A stretch of 53,032 nt of DNA from Betaproteobacteria bacterium RBG_16_66_20 (lineage in GTDB: Bacteria; Pseudomonadota; Gammaproteobacteria; Burkholderiales; SG8-39). Of the stretch, positions 11,279 to 21,874 are shown piece after piece. Below the pieces are notes generated by a model. It saw only the letters and a list, made by a program, of their open reading frames with translations. It searched no databases and was not told the DNA's origin. The DNA lies in assembly GCA_001770285.1 (NCBI GenBank), contig MEQQ01000066.1, positions 15,058 to 68,089 of the forward strand, written 5' to 3'. Both the position numbers and the translations under genes were made by a program. The first letter of the stretch is position 1, and every line of letters starts with the position of its first letter.

Positions 11279-11307
11279 ATTCTAGCGACAATGCCGGCCG
11301 GTTTCAA
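11279..11307 (-). promoter_or_regulatory. Probable sigma70 promoter of rpsO
   Basis: The minus strand reads TTGAAA - 17 nt - TAGAAT. The -10 element ends 58 nt upstream of the rpsO ATG (11220). A perfect 10-bp inverted repeat (11272..11299) overlaps the spacer and the -10 element. Confidence 0.55.
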
Positions 11308-11340
11308 GTTTTTCGTGGTATTTCAGCTGCTTGCAACCGC

Positions 11341-12258
11341 TCAATTTCCTCGTCTAATCAATCTGACCGGACGCAACTCGTTCCCCGGACCGGCCTCTCC
11401 CACGCCCAGCAGCGGCCCGCCCTCGCGGTACACGCGACAGGTCCCACCTGGCGCTTCTAGGGCAAGGCAGGCGCCGCCCGGTGCTTCCCGGCCAACCGCC
11501 TGCCCGTGCAAAAAGCGCTCGGTCTGCGCCGCGTCGAGATCGATGCGCGGCAGCGCCTCGAGCAGGCTGTCCGGCGGCAGCAGCCAGGCCCTGCGGGCCT
11601 CTTCACCCAATGCCTGCAGATCGTCAAGCGCCACGGCCCGGTCGAGCCGGTAGGCGCCGACCGCAGTACGGCGCAGGGCCTCGAGATGGGCGCCGGTGCC
11701 GAGTTCGGAGCCAAGATCGGCGGCAAGCTGGCGTATGTAGGTGCCCTTGCTGCACCGGACGCGGACGCGCACCAGATCCTGCGCCCGCTCGATCAGTTCG
11801 AGCTCGTGCACCGTAATCCGGCGCGAACCGCGCTCCACCGTTTGCCCGGCACGCGCCAGCGTGTAAAGCGGTTGACCGCCGCGCTTCAGCGCCGAGTACA
11901 TCGGCGGCACCTGCCCGATTTCGCCTCGAAAGCGCTCCAGCGCGTGCGCGAGCCGCGCGTCGTCCACGTCGACCGCATGCCGTTCCAGGACCGCCCCTTC
12001 GGCATCGCCGGTATCCGTCGATGTGCCCAACCTGATGCCGGCCACATATTCCTTGACCGAATCGAGCCCGAATTGCGCGAACTTGGTGGCTTCGCCGAAC
12101 AGCAACGGCAGCAGTCCGGAGGCAAGCGGATCGAGAGTGCCCGCATGCCCCGCCTTCTCCGCCTGCAGCAACCGCTTCACCGCCTGCAGCACCGCGCTCG
12201 AGCTCGGCCCGACCGGCTTGTCCAGCAGCAGTACGCCGTCCAGCTTCAGGCGCCGCAT
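11341..12258 (-). CDS. truB: tRNA pseudouridine(55) synthase
   Basis: LDGVLLLDKPVGPSS and GHAGTLDPLASGLLPLLFGEATK (catalytic Asp) are present. The position between rbfA and rpsO is conserved. Confidence 0.93.
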   Translation of the reverse strand: MRRLKLDGVLLLDKPVGPSSSAVLQAVKRLLQAEKAGHAGTLDPLASGLLPLLFGEATKFAQFGLDSVKEYVAGIRLGTSTDTGDAEGAVLERHAVDVDDARLAHALERFRGEIGQVPPMYSALKRGGQPLYTLARAGQTVERGSRRITVHELELIERAQDLVRVRVRCSKGTYIRQLAADLGSELGTGAHLEALRRTAVGAYRLDRAVALDDLQALGEEARRAWLLPPDSLLEALPRIDLDAAQTERFLHGQAVGREAPGGACLALEAPGGTCRVYREGGPLLGVGEAGPGNELRPVRLIRRGN

Positions 12259-12269
12259 TTCCCTCCCCG

Positions 12270-12617
12270 CTAGCGCTTGGGCGGGACGACGCTGTCGATG
12301 AGCCGGGACAGCCGGTCGCCGCGCTCCACCGATTCGTCGTAGGCGAAGCGCAGCTCCGGCGTGGTGTAGAGCTTGATGCGGTGCGCGAGTTGCGAGCGCA
12401 GGAACCCCGCGGCGCGCTGCAGGGCGCGAGCGGTCTCGTCTTTTTTTTCCAGATTCAGGAGAGTAAAGAATACTTTCGCGTGCGACAGATCGGGCGAAAC
12501 GTCGACCGACGTCAGTGTGACCATGCCGACATGCGGATCACGCACCTCGCGGCGCAGCAGGTCGGCGAGCTCGCGCTGGATCAGGTCGGCCACCTTCTGC
12601 GGCCGTCCCCGGCTCAC
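12270..12617 (-). CDS. rbfA: Ribosome-binding factor A
   Basis: RPQKVADLIQRELADLLRREVRDPHVGMVTLTSVDVSPDLSHAKVFF is present, and the gene lies downstream of infB. Confidence 0.9.
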   Translation of the reverse strand: MSRGRPQKVADLIQRELADLLRREVRDPHVGMVTLTSVDVSPDLSHAKVFFTLLNLEKKDETARALQRAAGFLRSQLAHRIKLYTTPELRFAYDESVERGDRLSRLIDSVVPPKR

Positions 12618-12636
12618 GGCTTCAGTTGCCTTTCAC

Positions 12637-15153
12637 TCACAACGTGCGCGCCACCTCGAGGACTTCGAACACCTCGAACTGGTCGCCTTCCTTGAGTTCC
12701 TGGAAGGTCTTGAGGGACATGCCGCACTCGAAGCCGGCCTTGACCTCGCGCACGTCGTCCTTGAAGCGCTTGAGGGAATCGATCTCGCCGGTGTGAATGA
12801 CCACGCTGTCGCGCAGTACCCGCACCTGGGCATTGCGCCTGACCAGGCCTTCCTGCACATAGCAGCCGGCGACGGTGCCGATCTTGGAGATGCGGAACAC
12901 CTGACGCACCTCGACCAGGCCGATGATGCTCTCCTTGCGCTCCGGCGCGAGCATGCCCGAGAGCGCGGCCTTCACTTCCTCGACCGCGTCGTAGATGACG
13001 TTGTAGTAGCGCACGTCCACGCCCGAGGATTCGATCAGCTTGCGCGCGGTCGCATCGGCGCGCGTGTTGAAGCCGATGATCACCGCGCTCGACGCCAGCG
13101 CCAGGTTGACGTCGGACTCGGTGATGCCGCCGACGCCCGCATGCACCACGGCGACCTTGACTTCGTCGGTGGCAAGCCGGGTGAGCGCATGCGCCAGCGC
13201 CTCCTGCGAGCCCTGCACGTCGGCCTTGATGAGCAGCGCGAGGGTCTTCTTGCCGCCCTCGCCGGCCTGCTCGAACATGTTTTCCAGCTTCGCGGCGCGT
13301 TGCTTGGACAGTTTGACGTCGCGGTACTTGCCCTGGCGGAAAAGCGCGATCTCGCGCGCCTTGCGTTCGTCGGCGAGCACGACCACCTCCTCGCCCGCGC
13401 GCGGCACGTCGGACAGGCCCTGGATCTCGACCGGGATCGACGGTCCGGCGCTCTGCACCGCCTTGCCGTTCTCGTCGAGCATCGCGCGAACCCGCCCGTA
13501 GACGGCGCCGGCAACCACCACGTCGCCGCGTTTCAGCGTCCCGGATTGCACCAGCAGCGTGGCCACCGGGCCGCGGCCCTTGTCCAGGCGTGCTTCGATC
13601 ACCACGCCCTTTGCCGGCGCGTTCACCGAGGCCTTGAGTTCCTGCACCTCGGCCTGCAGCAGGATCTGCTCAAGCAGTGCATCGATACCCTCACCCGTCT
13701 TCGCCGACACCGGGACCACCGGCGATTCGCCGCCCAGATCTTCCGGCACGACTCCGTTCGCGAGCAGATCCTGCCGGACCTTTTCGCGGTTGGCTTCGTG
13801 CTTGTCGATCTTTGTGATCGCAACCACCAGCGGCACATCCGCTGCCTTGGCGTGGGCGATCGCCTCGATGGTCTGCGGCATCGCGCCGTCGTCGGCGGCG
13901 ACCACCAGCACCACGATGTCGGTCACCTTGGCGCCGCGTGCGCGCATCGCGGTAAACGCCTCATGGCCCGGTGTATCGAGGAATGTGATCACGCCCCGCG
14001 GCGTCTCGACGTGATAGGCGCCGATGTGCTGGGTAATGCCGCCCGCTTCGCCCGCCGCGACCTTGGTCCGGCGGATGTAGTCGAGCAACGAGGTCTTGCC
14101 ATGGTCGACGTGCCCCATGACCGTGACCACCGGCGGCCGCGCAACCGCATCCGCAGCGGCGCCCGCCGCGTCTTCCACAAGGTAGGCCTCCGGGTCGTCG
14201 AGTTTGGCCGGCTTTGCGGTGTGGCCCATCTCCTGGACCACGATCATCGCGGTCTCCTGGTCGAGGACCTGGTTGATCGTCGCCATGCTGCCGAGCTTCA
14301 TCAGCACCTTGATGACCTCGACGGCCTTGACCGACATCCGGTGCGCGAGTTCGCCCACCGTGATCGTCTCCGGAACCGCGATGTCGCGCACCACCGGTTC
14401 GGCGGGTTGCGCGAATGCGGTCTCTCCGGCGCTCGGCACCGCGGCGCGGTGCCGCGATCCTCCCCTGCCGTGCCAGCCTCCGACACCGCCGCCCATGTCG
14501 CCGCGGGTCTTGATGGTGCGCCGGCGGACCGAATCATCCCTGAGGATGGTGGTCTGCTTCACCTTCTTCGCCTTCTTGTCGGCCTTGGGCTCGCCGGCCT
14601 TGGGCGCGTGCAGCGTGCCGTCGGTCGGCGCGCCCGCAACCGGTGCGGCGCGCTCGGCCTGCTTCTGCTCCGCTTCGCGGCGTTCGCGTTCCTGCTTCTC
14701 GCGCAGTTCGCTCGCCTGGATCTCGGAGAGCTGTTGCCGGCGTTTCTGTTCCTCCTCGCGCAGCTGCATTTCCTTCAGATCCGGACCGGCGGGCATGGGC
14801 GCAGGCGGTGGCGGCGGCATTTCCGCGGCGGCCGCGGCAGCGGCCAGTTCGGACGGATCGCGCTTGACGAACACCCGTTTCTTGCGCACCTCGACCTGGA
14901 TGGTGCGCGCCTTGCCCATGGAATCGGACTTCTTGATCTCGCTGGTTTGCTTGCGCGTCAGCGTGATCTTGTTTTTCGGCTCGATCGAGCCGTGCGATTT
15001 GCGCAGGTAGTCAAGCAGCCGCGCCTTGTCCTGCTCCGAGAGGGAATCGTCGGCGACGCGCTTCTCGACCCCGGCGGCACGCAGCTGCTCGAGCAGCACC
15101 GACGGCGGCACTTTCAGCTCGCTGGCAAACTGGGCGACGCTGGTCTGGGCCAT
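12637..15153 (-). CDS. infB: Translation initiation factor IF-2
   Basis: The 838-aa product has a charged N-terminal region, a GTPase domain ([28 protein letters not shown]-like TKIDK) and a conserved C-terminal domain. Confidence 0.97.
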   Translation of the reverse strand: MAQTSVAQFASELKVPPSVLLEQLRAAGVEKRVADDSLSEQDKARLLDYLRKSHGSIEPKNKITLTRKQTSEIKKSDSMGKARTIQVEVRKKRVFVKRDPSELAAAAAAAEMPPPPPAPMPAGPDLKEMQLREEEQKRRQQLSEIQASELREKQERERREAEQKQAERAAPVAGAPTDGTLHAPKAGEPKADKKAKKVKQTTILRDDSVRRRTIKTRGDMGGGVGGWHGRGGSRHRAAVPSAGETAFAQPAEPVVRDIAVPETITVGELAHRMSVKAVEVIKVLMKLGSMATINQVLDQETAMIVVQEMGHTAKPAKLDDPEAYLVEDAAGAAADAVARPPVVTVMGHVDHGKTSLLDYIRRTKVAAGEAGGITQHIGAYHVETPRGVITFLDTPGHEAFTAMRARGAKVTDIVVLVVAADDGAMPQTIEAIAHAKAADVPLVVAITKIDKHEANREKVRQDLLANGVVPEDLGGESPVVPVSAKTGEGIDALLEQILLQAEVQELKASVNAPAKGVVIEARLDKGRGPVATLLVQSGTLKRGDVVVAGAVYGRVRAMLDENGKAVQSAGPSIPVEIQGLSDVPRAGEEVVVLADERKAREIALFRQGKYRDVKLSKQRAAKLENMFEQAGEGGKKTLALLIKADVQGSQEALAHALTRLATDEVKVAVVHAGVGGITESDVNLALASSAVIIGFNTRADATARKLIESSGVDVRYYNVIYDAVEEVKAALSGMLAPERKESIIGLVEVRQVFRISKIGTVAGCYVQEGLVRRNAQVRVLRDSVVIHTGEIDSLKRFKDDVREVKAGFECGMSLKTFQELKEGDQFEVFEVLEVARTL

Positions 15154-15154
15154 G

Positions 15155-16708
15155 TTACTGGATCCCTTTTTGCTGCAGCGGCGCCGGTTGCGCCGTCGGC
15201 TGTGCTGCGGGCCCCGCCGCCGGTTCGTCCGCGAACCAGTGCGCGCGCGCCGCGATGATCAGGCCTTTGGCGCGCTCGGCGTCCATGCCGGTCAGCTCGG
15301 AGAGTTCGTCCACCGCCAGGTCGGCAAGGTCGTCGCGCGTCTTGACGCCCTGCGCCGCGAGCTTGGCGGCGAGCTGCGTGTCCATGCCTTCCAGCTGCAG
15401 CAGGTTCGGGTCGACGCCGTCGATGCTCTCCTCGCTCGCGATCGCCTGCACCAGCAGCGCATTGCGCGCGCGGCTGCGCAGTTCGTTGACCGTGTTCTCG
15501 TCGAACGCATCGATCTCCATCATCTCGTTGATCGGCACGTAGGCGACTTCTTCCAGCGTCGAGAAGCCTTCCTGCATCAGGATGTTGGCGACTTCCTCGT
15601 CGACGTCCAGGCGCTCCATGAACAGCGACTTGACGCGGCTGCCTTCCTCTTCCTGCTTCTTGGTGGACTCCTCCTGGGTCATCAGATTGATGGTCCAGCC
15701 GGTGAGCTCGGAAGCCAGGCGCACGTTCTGCCCGCTGCGCCCGATCGCAATGGCGAGGTTCTCCTCGTCCACCACCACGTCCATGGCGTGCTTCTCCTCG
15801 TCCACCAGGATCGAGCTCACCTCGGCGGGCGCCAGCGCGCCGATGACGAAGGTCGCCGGATCGGCCGACCAGAGCACGATGTCGACCCGCTCGCCGGCCA
15901 GTTCCTGGGTCACCGCCTGCACGCGCGAGCCGCGCATGCCGACGCAGGTGCCGATCGGGTCGATGCGGCGGTCATTGGTGTGGACCGCGATCTTGGCGCG
16001 CACGCCCGGATCGCGCGCCGCGGACTTGATCTCGAGCAGCCCTTCCTCGATTTCCGGCACCTCGAGCTCGAACAGTTTCATGATGAACTGCGGCGCGGTG
16101 CGCGACAGGATCAGCTGCGGGCCGCGGGCGCCGCGGTCGATTTTCATCACCCACGCGCGCACCCGGTCGCCGACGCGCAGGTTTTCCTTCGGGATCATGT
16201 GCTCGCGCGGCAGCTGCGCTTCCAGGCGGCCGGATTCGACGATCGCACTGCCGCGCTCCATGCGCTTGACCGTGCCGGTGACCAGCTCGTCGCCGCGGGA
16301 GAGGAAATCGTTCAGGATCTGCTCGCGCTCGGCATCCCGGATGCGCTGCAGGATCACCTGCTTGGCGGTCTGCGCCCCGATGCGGCCGAATTCGACCGGC
16401 TCGAGCGCCTCCTCGATGAATTCCTCGAGCTGCGCGTCGCCTTTCTTCTCCTTCGCCTGCGCCAGCGTCAGCATCTGCGCCGGCAGGAACTCGGGCGCGT
16501 CATCCGGCACCACCTTCCAGCGGCGGAAGGACTCCATCGCGCCGGTGGTGCGGTCCACCTGCACGCGGACATCGATGTCGTCGGAGTATTTTTTCTTGGT
16601 TGCCGAGGCAAGGGCGAGTTCGAGCGCGCCGAAGACGATCTCCCGCGGCACGTTCTTCTCTCTGGCCAGCACATCGACCAGCATCACCATTTCACGATTC
16701 GCACTCAT
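15155..16708 (-). CDS. nusA: Transcription termination/antitermination factor NusA
   Basis: An S1 domain, two KH domains and C-terminal acidic repeat domains are present. Only 1 nt separates the gene from the infB start. Confidence 0.97.
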   Translation of the reverse strand: MSANREMVMLVDVLAREKNVPREIVFGALELALASATKKKYSDDIDVRVQVDRTTGAMESFRRWKVVPDDAPEFLPAQMLTLAQAKEKKGDAQLEEFIEEALEPVEFGRIGAQTAKQVILQRIRDAEREQILNDFLSRGDELVTGTVKRMERGSAIVESGRLEAQLPREHMIPKENLRVGDRVRAWVMKIDRGARGPQLILSRTAPQFIMKLFELEVPEIEEGLLEIKSAARDPGVRAKIAVHTNDRRIDPIGTCVGMRGSRVQAVTQELAGERVDIVLWSADPATFVIGALAPAEVSSILVDEEKHAMDVVVDEENLAIAIGRSGQNVRLASELTGWTINLMTQEESTKKQEEEGSRVKSLFMERLDVDEEVANILMQEGFSTLEEVAYVPINEMMEIDAFDENTVNELRSRARNALLVQAIASEESIDGVDPNLLQLEGMDTQLAAKLAAQGVKTRDDLADLAVDELSELTGMDAERAKGLIIAARAHWFADEPAAGPAAQPTAQPAPLQQKGIQ

Positions 16709-16720
16709 CTTCAGTCCGCC

Positions 16721-17167
16721 TTAAACATTCGGAACGAGCCTGGCCCGTTCGATATCGTCCACATTCAGCGCCACATCGCGCCCTTCCACCTCCACCGTGG
16801 CGACGCCCCCTTCGGCACCCCGCAGCACACCGGTGAAGCGCCTGCGGCCGCTTGCATCCGGCAACCGCATCCTCACCTCCACTTTGCTACCCGCGAAGCG
16901 CGCAAAATCGGCAGCCTTGCGCAGCGGCCGATCCAGTCCCGGCGAGGAGACCTCGAGCCGCCCGTAGTCGATGCCCTCGACCGCGAACACCCGCGTCAAC
17001 TGCCGGCTCACCTCGGCGCAGTCATCCACCGTGATGCCCGCATTTGACCCTTCGGGCCGGTCGATGAAAATGCGCAGCAGACCCCCGCCGCCGGACGCCT
17101 GGACGTCCACCAGCTCGAACCCCATGCCCGCCAGGGTCGATTCCACCACCTCCGCCATCGCCGCCAT
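16721..17167 (-). CDS. rimP: Ribosome maturation factor RimP
   Basis: VESTLAGMGFELVDV ... LRIFIDRPEG ... GITVDDCAEVSRQL is present. The start is set at ATG 17167, because the track start (TTG 17185) falls inside the upstream terminator T-tract. Confidence 0.85.
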   Translation of the reverse strand: MAAMAEVVESTLAGMGFELVDVQASGGGGLLRIFIDRPEGSNAGITVDDCAEVSRQLTRVFAVEGIDYGRLEVSSPGLDRPLRKAADFARFAGSKVEVRMRLPDASGRRRFTGVLRGAEGGVATVEVEGRDVALNVDDIERARLVPNV

Positions 17168-17180
17168 GCTTTTCCGACCG

Positions 17181-17209
17181 CGCAAACAAAAAATGGGCCG
17201 AAGCCCATT
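17181..17209 (-). terminator. Rho-independent terminator downstream of rluB
   Basis: On the minus strand the stem AATGGGC - TTCG - GCCCATT (17192..17209) is followed by TTTTGTTTGCG. It lies 22 nt after the rluB stop and just before rimP. Confidence 0.65.
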
Positions 17210-17230
17210 GCTACTGAAACGGCTTGAAGT

Positions 17231-18046
17231 TTAACAGCTTTTTGTCGTCCGGACAATCTCCGCGACCGCTTCGGAGCCAAGTTCCACGGCGCGACCGGCG
17301 GGCAAATCGAGCGGCAGCCGCGCCGGACCGAACCGGACCCGCATCAGCCGGCTGACCCTGGAGCCGACCGCTTCGACCATCCGCCGCACCTCGCGGTTGC
17401 GCCCTTCTGCGAGCACCACCCGGTACCAGCGGTTGGTGCCCGTATCTTTGCGTGACGCTATTGCTTCGAGGCGCTTGAACCGTGCCTGCCCATCGTCGAG
17501 TTCGACGCCGGCGAGCAGCCGCCGAACCGCCTCCGCGTCCAGCCCGCCCTGCACGCGCACCTCGTACTCGCGCTCGATTTCCCGGCGGGGGTGCATCAGC
17601 TGGTTGGCAAGCTCGCCCGAATCCGTGAACAGCAGCAGGCCGGAGGAATTCAAATCCAGCCGTCCGATCGCGACCCAGCGCCCGGGGCTGAGCTTGGGCA
17701 ACTTGTCGAATACCGTAGGCCGGCCTTCGGGGTCGCTGCGCGTGACCAGCTCGCCGATTGGCTTGTGGTACGCGATGACACGGGGAGTGCTTCGATTTGC
17801 ACCTATTTTTATTTCCTTATCATCGAGAAAAATAAGATCCCCGGGGCTTGCGCGATCACCCAGCTTCGCGACCTGGCCGCGGACGGTCACCCGCCCCGCC
17901 GCGATCCAGGTTTCGATTTCGCGGCGCGAGCCGAAGCCCGCCGCGGCCAGCAGCTTCTGCAGCCGCTCCCCGGTGGGGTTACTGACCGGGGCTGGCGACG
18001 GGCGCGGCGGGTTCGTTGGCAGCCGGCTGGGAGGTCGCGGGCTCAA
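17231..18046 (-). CDS. rluB: 23S rRNA pseudouridine synthase (RluB family)
   Basis: There is an S4 domain ([31 protein letters not shown]) and an RsuA/RluB catalytic core ([26 protein letters not shown]). No ATG or GTG lies near the conserved N-terminus. The nearest in-frame candidate is TTG 18046, so the start is uncertain. Confidence 0.75.
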   Translation of the reverse strand: MSPRPPSRLPTNPPRPSPAPVSNPTGERLQKLLAAAGFGSRREIETWIAAGRVTVRGQVAKLGDRASPGDLIFLDDKEIKIGANRSTPRVIAYHKPIGELVTRSDPEGRPTVFDKLPKLSPGRWVAIGRLDLNSSGLLLFTDSGELANQLMHPRREIEREYEVRVQGGLDAEAVRRLLAGVELDDGQARFKRLEAIASRKDTGTNRWYRVVLAEGRNREVRRMVEAVGSRVSRLMRVRFGPARLPLDLPAGRAVELGSEAVAEIVRTTKSC

Positions 18047-18575
18047 GTTCGAGCGTCCGGGCGATTTCTTCGAGGGGCGGCAGCTCCTGGAGCGAGCGCA
18101 GACCGAGATCGTCCAGAAACGCCTTGGTGGTGGCGTAGAGCGCCGGGCGGCCCGGCGTATCGCGGTGGCCGACGACATCGATCCAGCCCCGGCTTTCGAG
18201 CGTCTGGACGATCTGCGCCGAGACCGCGACGCCGCGGATGTCCTCGACGTCGCCGCGCGTTACCGGCTGCCGATAGGCGATGATCGCCAGCGTTTCCATC
18301 ACGGCGCGCGAGTAGCGCGGCCGCTTGTCGGGATTGAGGCGCTCGGCGAACGGCTGGAATTCCGGCCGGGTCTGGAATCGCCAGCCGCTCGCCAGGCTGG
18401 CAAGCTCCACCGCGCGCCCGGACCACTCCTCGCGCAGCTCGTCGAGCAGGCGGCGCAGGGTATCGGCTCCGATCTGGTCCTCGAACAGCCGTTTCAGGTC
18501 CGCGAGCGACAGCGGTTCCTGCGAGGAAAGCAGCGCCGCCTCGATGATGCGTTTGGCTTCAGTCGGGTTCGGCAT
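17979..18575 (-). CDS. scpB: Segregation and condensation protein B
   Basis: [22 protein letters not shown] and [23 protein letters not shown] place the product in the winged-helix ScpB family. The gene overlaps the scpA stop by 17 nt. Confidence 0.9.
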   Translation of the reverse strand: MPNPTEAKRIIEAALLSSQEPLSLADLKRLFEDQIGADTLRRLLDELREEWSGRAVELASLASGWRFQTRPEFQPFAERLNPDKRPRYSRAVMETLAIIAYRQPVTRGDVEDIRGVAVSAQIVQTLESRGWIDVVGHRDTPGRPALYATTKAFLDDLGLRSLQELPPLEEIARTLELEPATSQPAANEPAAPVASPGQ

Positions 18576-19359
18576 AGGCGATCCTGATGTAAATCGGCGC
18601 GAAGCCCTCGGACTGCGTAACGTCGACCAGCGCCTCGCGCGCGAGTTCGAGCAGTGCGAGGAAGGTGACGACGAGGACCGCGACTCCGCGCGACGGCTCG
18701 AAAAGCTCGGTGAATTCGAGCACCCGGCTGTGTTTCAGCTGGCGCAGGATCTGGCTCATGTGCTCGCGTACCGAGAGTTCCTCGCGCGAAACGCGGTGAT
18801 GCCTGGTCATGCGCGCGCGGAAAAGCAGCGCGCGCCAGGCCTCGGCCAGGTCGCGCGGATGCACCTCGGGCAGGCGCTCGAGCGCGGTGCGCTCGACCAG
18901 CACCGAAATCGCGAGCACGTCGCGCCCGACCTGCGGCAGCGCGTCCAGCTGCTGCGCCGCCTTCTTCATCTGCTCGTACTCGAGCAGCCTGCGGACCAGT
19001 TCCGCCCTCGGATCCTCCTCCTCGTCGACCACCGCCGGCCGCGGCAGCAGCATGCGCGACTTGATCTCGATCAGCATCGCCGCCATCACCAGATACTCGG
19101 CCGCGAGCTCGAGGTTCTTGGCGCGCATCAGCTCCACATATTCGAGGTACTGGCGCGTCAGCGGCGCCATCGGTATGTCGAGAACGTCGAGGTTCTGCTT
19201 GCGGATCAGGTACAGCAGCAGGTCGAGCGGTCCCTGGAAGGCGTCGAGCAGGATTTCGAGCGCATCGGGCGGTATGTACAGATCGGCCGGTATCTCGGTC
19301 AGCGGTTCGCCGTAGATCCTGGCAAACGGCGCTGCGGGCAGCGGCAAGGTCTCGCTCAC
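18559..19359 (-). CDS. scpA: Segregation and condensation protein A (kleisin)
   Basis: [35 protein letters not shown] is present, and the gene lies upstream of scpB. Confidence 0.9.
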   Translation of the reverse strand: MSETLPLPAAPFARIYGEPLTEIPADLYIPPDALEILLDAFQGPLDLLLYLIRKQNLDVLDIPMAPLTRQYLEYVELMRAKNLELAAEYLVMAAMLIEIKSRMLLPRPAVVDEEEDPRAELVRRLLEYEQMKKAAQQLDALPQVGRDVLAISVLVERTALERLPEVHPRDLAEAWRALLFRARMTRHHRVSREELSVREHMSQILRQLKHSRVLEFTELFEPSRGVAVLVVTFLALLELAREALVDVTQSEGFAPIYIRIAYAEPD

Positions 19360-19368
19360 GGTTGCATT

Positions 19369-20571
19369 CTAGGTGTAGGACAGCCCCATGGCTTCGCGCA
19401 CGTCGCGCATGGTCTCGCCGGCGAGCTTGCGCGCCTTGTCGCAGCCGTCGGCAAGGATGTTTTTCACCAGCGTCGGATCATCCAGGTAAGCCTGCGCGCG
19501 CTCGCGAATCGGCGCGAGTTCCGCGAGCACGCTGTCGATCACCGGTTGCTTGCACTCGAGGCAACCGAACGCGGCGGTGGTGCAACCCTTTTCGACCCAT
19601 GCTTTTCTTGCCTCATCCGAATAAACGGCATGCATCGACCATACCGGACACTTTTGCGGCGTTCCCGGGTCGCCGCGCTTGACGCGCGCCGGGTCGGTGG
19701 GCATGGTGCGGATCTTCTTCGCCACGGTTTCCGGGTCCTCGCGCAGGCCGATCGCGTTGCCGTAGGACTTGGACATCTTCTGGCCGTCGAGTCCGCTGAG
19801 CTTCGAGGCTTCCGTCAGCAGCGCTTCGGCCTCGACCAGGATCTTCTTGCCGCTGCCTTCGAGCCAGCCGTAGAGGCGCTCGCGGTCGCCGCGCGGCATG
19901 TTCTGCTGCTCATCGAGCAGCGCCTGGGCGCGCTTGAGCGCTTCCGCATCCCCGCTTTCGAGGAATTTGGTGCGCAGATCGTTGAACAGGCGCGCCTTCT
20001 TGCTGCCCAGCTTCTTCACCGCCGCCTTCGCCTTGTCCTCGAAGCCGGGCTCGCGGCCGTAGAGGTGGTTGAAGCGGCGCGCCAGTTCGCGCGTGAACTC
20101 GATATGCGGCACCTGGTCCTCGCCCACCGGCACATAGCGCGCGCGGTAGATCAGGATGTCGGCGGCCTGCAGCAGCGGGTAGCCGAGGAAGCCATAGGTC
20201 GAGAGGTCCTTGTCGGCGAGCTTTTCCTGCTGGTCCTTGTAGGTCGGAACGCGCTCCAGCCAGCCGAGCGGCGTCATCATCGACAGCAGCAGGTGCAGTT
20301 CCGCGTGCTCGGGTACCAGCGACTGCACGAAGATCGTCGCCTGGTTCGGGTCCACTCCCGCGGCCAGCCAGTCGATCACCATGTCGGCGCCGACATCCTG
20401 CAGCACGCCCGGCGCTTCGTAGTCCGTCGTCAGCGCGTGCCAGTCGGCGACAAAGAACAGGCACGGGTGCTCCGACTGCAGCCTGACCCAGTTCTTCAGC
20501 ACGCCGTGATAGTGCCCGAGGTGCAGGGCGCCGGTCGGGCGCATGCCGGAAAGGACCCGGGTCTCGAACAT
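19369..20571 (-). CDS. trpS: Tryptophan--tRNA ligase, long form with a Cys-rich C-terminal region
   Basis: This is a class I synthetase with HIGH-type GALHLGHY and KMSKS, plus a ~70-aa insertion. The C-terminal motif is C-x21-C-x6-C-x2-C. Confidence 0.93.
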   Translation of the reverse strand: MFETRVLSGMRPTGALHLGHYHGVLKNWVRLQSEHPCLFFVADWHALTTDYEAPGVLQDVGADMVIDWLAAGVDPNQATIFVQSLVPEHAELHLLLSMMTPLGWLERVPTYKDQQEKLADKDLSTYGFLGYPLLQAADILIYRARYVPVGEDQVPHIEFTRELARRFNHLYGREPGFEDKAKAAVKKLGSKKARLFNDLRTKFLESGDAEALKRAQALLDEQQNMPRGDRERLYGWLEGSGKKILVEAEALLTEASKLSGLDGQKMSKSYGNAIGLREDPETVAKKIRTMPTDPARVKRGDPGTPQKCPVWSMHAVYSDEARKAWVEKGCTTAAFGCLECKQPVIDSVLAELAPIRERAQAYLDDPTLVKNILADGCDKARKLAGETMRDVREAMGLSYT

Positions 20572-20575
20572 CGCG

Positions 20576-21241
20576 CTAGATGTGAAACACGGTTCCGAGA
20601 ACCCGGAACGAGAAATTCACCATCGGTGCGAGGATCACGCCGAGGACGCTGGTAAAAAGCAGCAGCAGCAGGATCGGGAAGCCGAGGGGCTCGAGCTTGG
20701 CGTAACCCCATGCGATCCGGCTCGGCAGCAGGCTGGCGACGATCCTGCCGCCGTCCAGCGGCAGGATCGGAAGCAGGTTGAGCAGCATCAGGATGATGTT
20801 GACCTCCATGCCCGCCTTGCCCATCAGCAGCAGCGGCCGCGTGAAGTAGCTCGCCGGAAGCAGATCCGCAGCCTTGTACAACGCGGCCCAGGCGAACGCC
20901 ATTGCGAGGTTGGCGCCCGGTCCGGCCGCTGCCACCCAGAGCATGTTCTGCCGCGGACGCCGCAGCGCCGAGTAATTGACCGGCACCGGCTTGGCCCAGC
21001 CGAACAGCAGTCCGGCGCCTCCCGCCAGCGTGCTGGCGACGAGGATCGCGATCGGAACGACGATGGTGCCGACGAGGTCGATGTGGCGCGCGGGGTTGAG
21101 GCTGATGCGGCCCTGCGCGAATGCCGTCATGTCGCCGAAATGGCGCGCGACGTATCCGTGCGCCGCTTCGTGCAGCGTGATCGCAAACAGCACCGGGAGC
21201 GCATAGATGGCGATGGTCTGAACAAGGTGGCTGACGTCCAT
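20576..21241 (-). CDS. Site-2 protease family zinc metalloprotease (membrane)
   Basis: HEAAHGYVA (HExxH), multiple TM segments and LLNLLPILPLDGGR (the second metal-ligand region) are present. Confidence 0.8.
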   Translation of the reverse strand: MDVSHLVQTIAIYALPVLFAITLHEAAHGYVARHFGDMTAFAQGRISLNPARHIDLVGTIVVPIAILVASTLAGGAGLLFGWAKPVPVNYSALRRPRQNMLWVAAAGPGANLAMAFAWAALYKAADLLPASYFTRPLLLMGKAGMEVNIILMLLNLLPILPLDGGRIVASLLPSRIAWGYAKLEPLGFPILLLLLFTSVLGVILAPMVNFSFRVLGTVFHI

Positions 21242-21871
21242 CTAGGCGGCGAATCTTATCAGACGGCCCGCGTCCTTTCCGCGCCGCAGGATGAGCGGCC
21301 GGTCGGTGGTCAGGTCCACCACCGTGCTCGGCTCGACGCCGCAGGAACCCGCATCGATGACGAGCTCGAGAACATGCTCCAGCCGGGCGCGGATCTCGCC
21401 CGCGTCCGAGAGCGGCTGTGCATCGCCCGGCAGCGCGAGCGTCGCCGACAGCATCGGCGCGTTCAGTTCCGCGAGCAGCGCATGCGCGACCGGGTGCTCG
21501 GGCACGCGCACGCCGATGGTCTTCCTGTTCGGATGCATCAGCCGCCGCGGCACCTCGCGCGTGGCGCGCAGGATGAAGGTGAAGCTGCCCGGCATCACTG
21601 CCTTGAGTATCCGGTACTGCACGTTGTCCACGACCGCATAAGCGGCGATCTCGGAGAGGTCGCGGCACATCAGCGTTAGATGGTGCTTGTCGTCCACGCC
21701 GCGCACGCGGCGCAGGCGCCCGAGCGCCTCGCCATCGCCGAGGTGGCAGCCGAGGGCGTAGCAGGAATCGGTCGGATAGGCGATCAGCCCGCCGCGCCGC
21801 ACGATCTGCGCCGCGCGCCGGACGAGGCGCGCCTGCGGGTGCGTCGGGTGAATCTCGAAGTACTGCGCCAC
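21242..21871 (-). CDS. yciO: YciO / YrdC-family (L-threonylcarbamoyladenylate synthase-like) protein
   Basis: The product aligns along its length with E. coli YciO as I remember it (YFEIHPTHPQARLVRRAAQIVRRGGLIAYPTDSCYALGCHLGD ... HHLTLMCRDLSEI ... TFILRATREVPRRL). Confidence 0.85.
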   Translation of the reverse strand: MAQYFEIHPTHPQARLVRRAAQIVRRGGLIAYPTDSCYALGCHLGDGEALGRLRRVRGVDDKHHLTLMCRDLSEIAAYAVVDNVQYRILKAVMPGSFTFILRATREVPRRLMHPNRKTIGVRVPEHPVAHALLAELNAPMLSATLALPGDAQPLSDAGEIRARLEHVLELVIDAGSCGVEPSTVVDLTTDRPLILRRGKDAGRLIRFAA

Positions 21872-21874
21872 CGT

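Noticed and set aside
12373-15258. A 961-aa plus-strand ORF opposite infB. Similar long ORFs are 48..1349(+), 9256..10857(+), 15026..17047(+), 18325..20655(+) and 4015..5157(-).
   Set aside because: These are antisense shadows of strongly supported conserved genes in high-GC DNA. Their translations are Arg/Ala/Gly/His/Leu-rich low-complexity strings with no recognisable motif.
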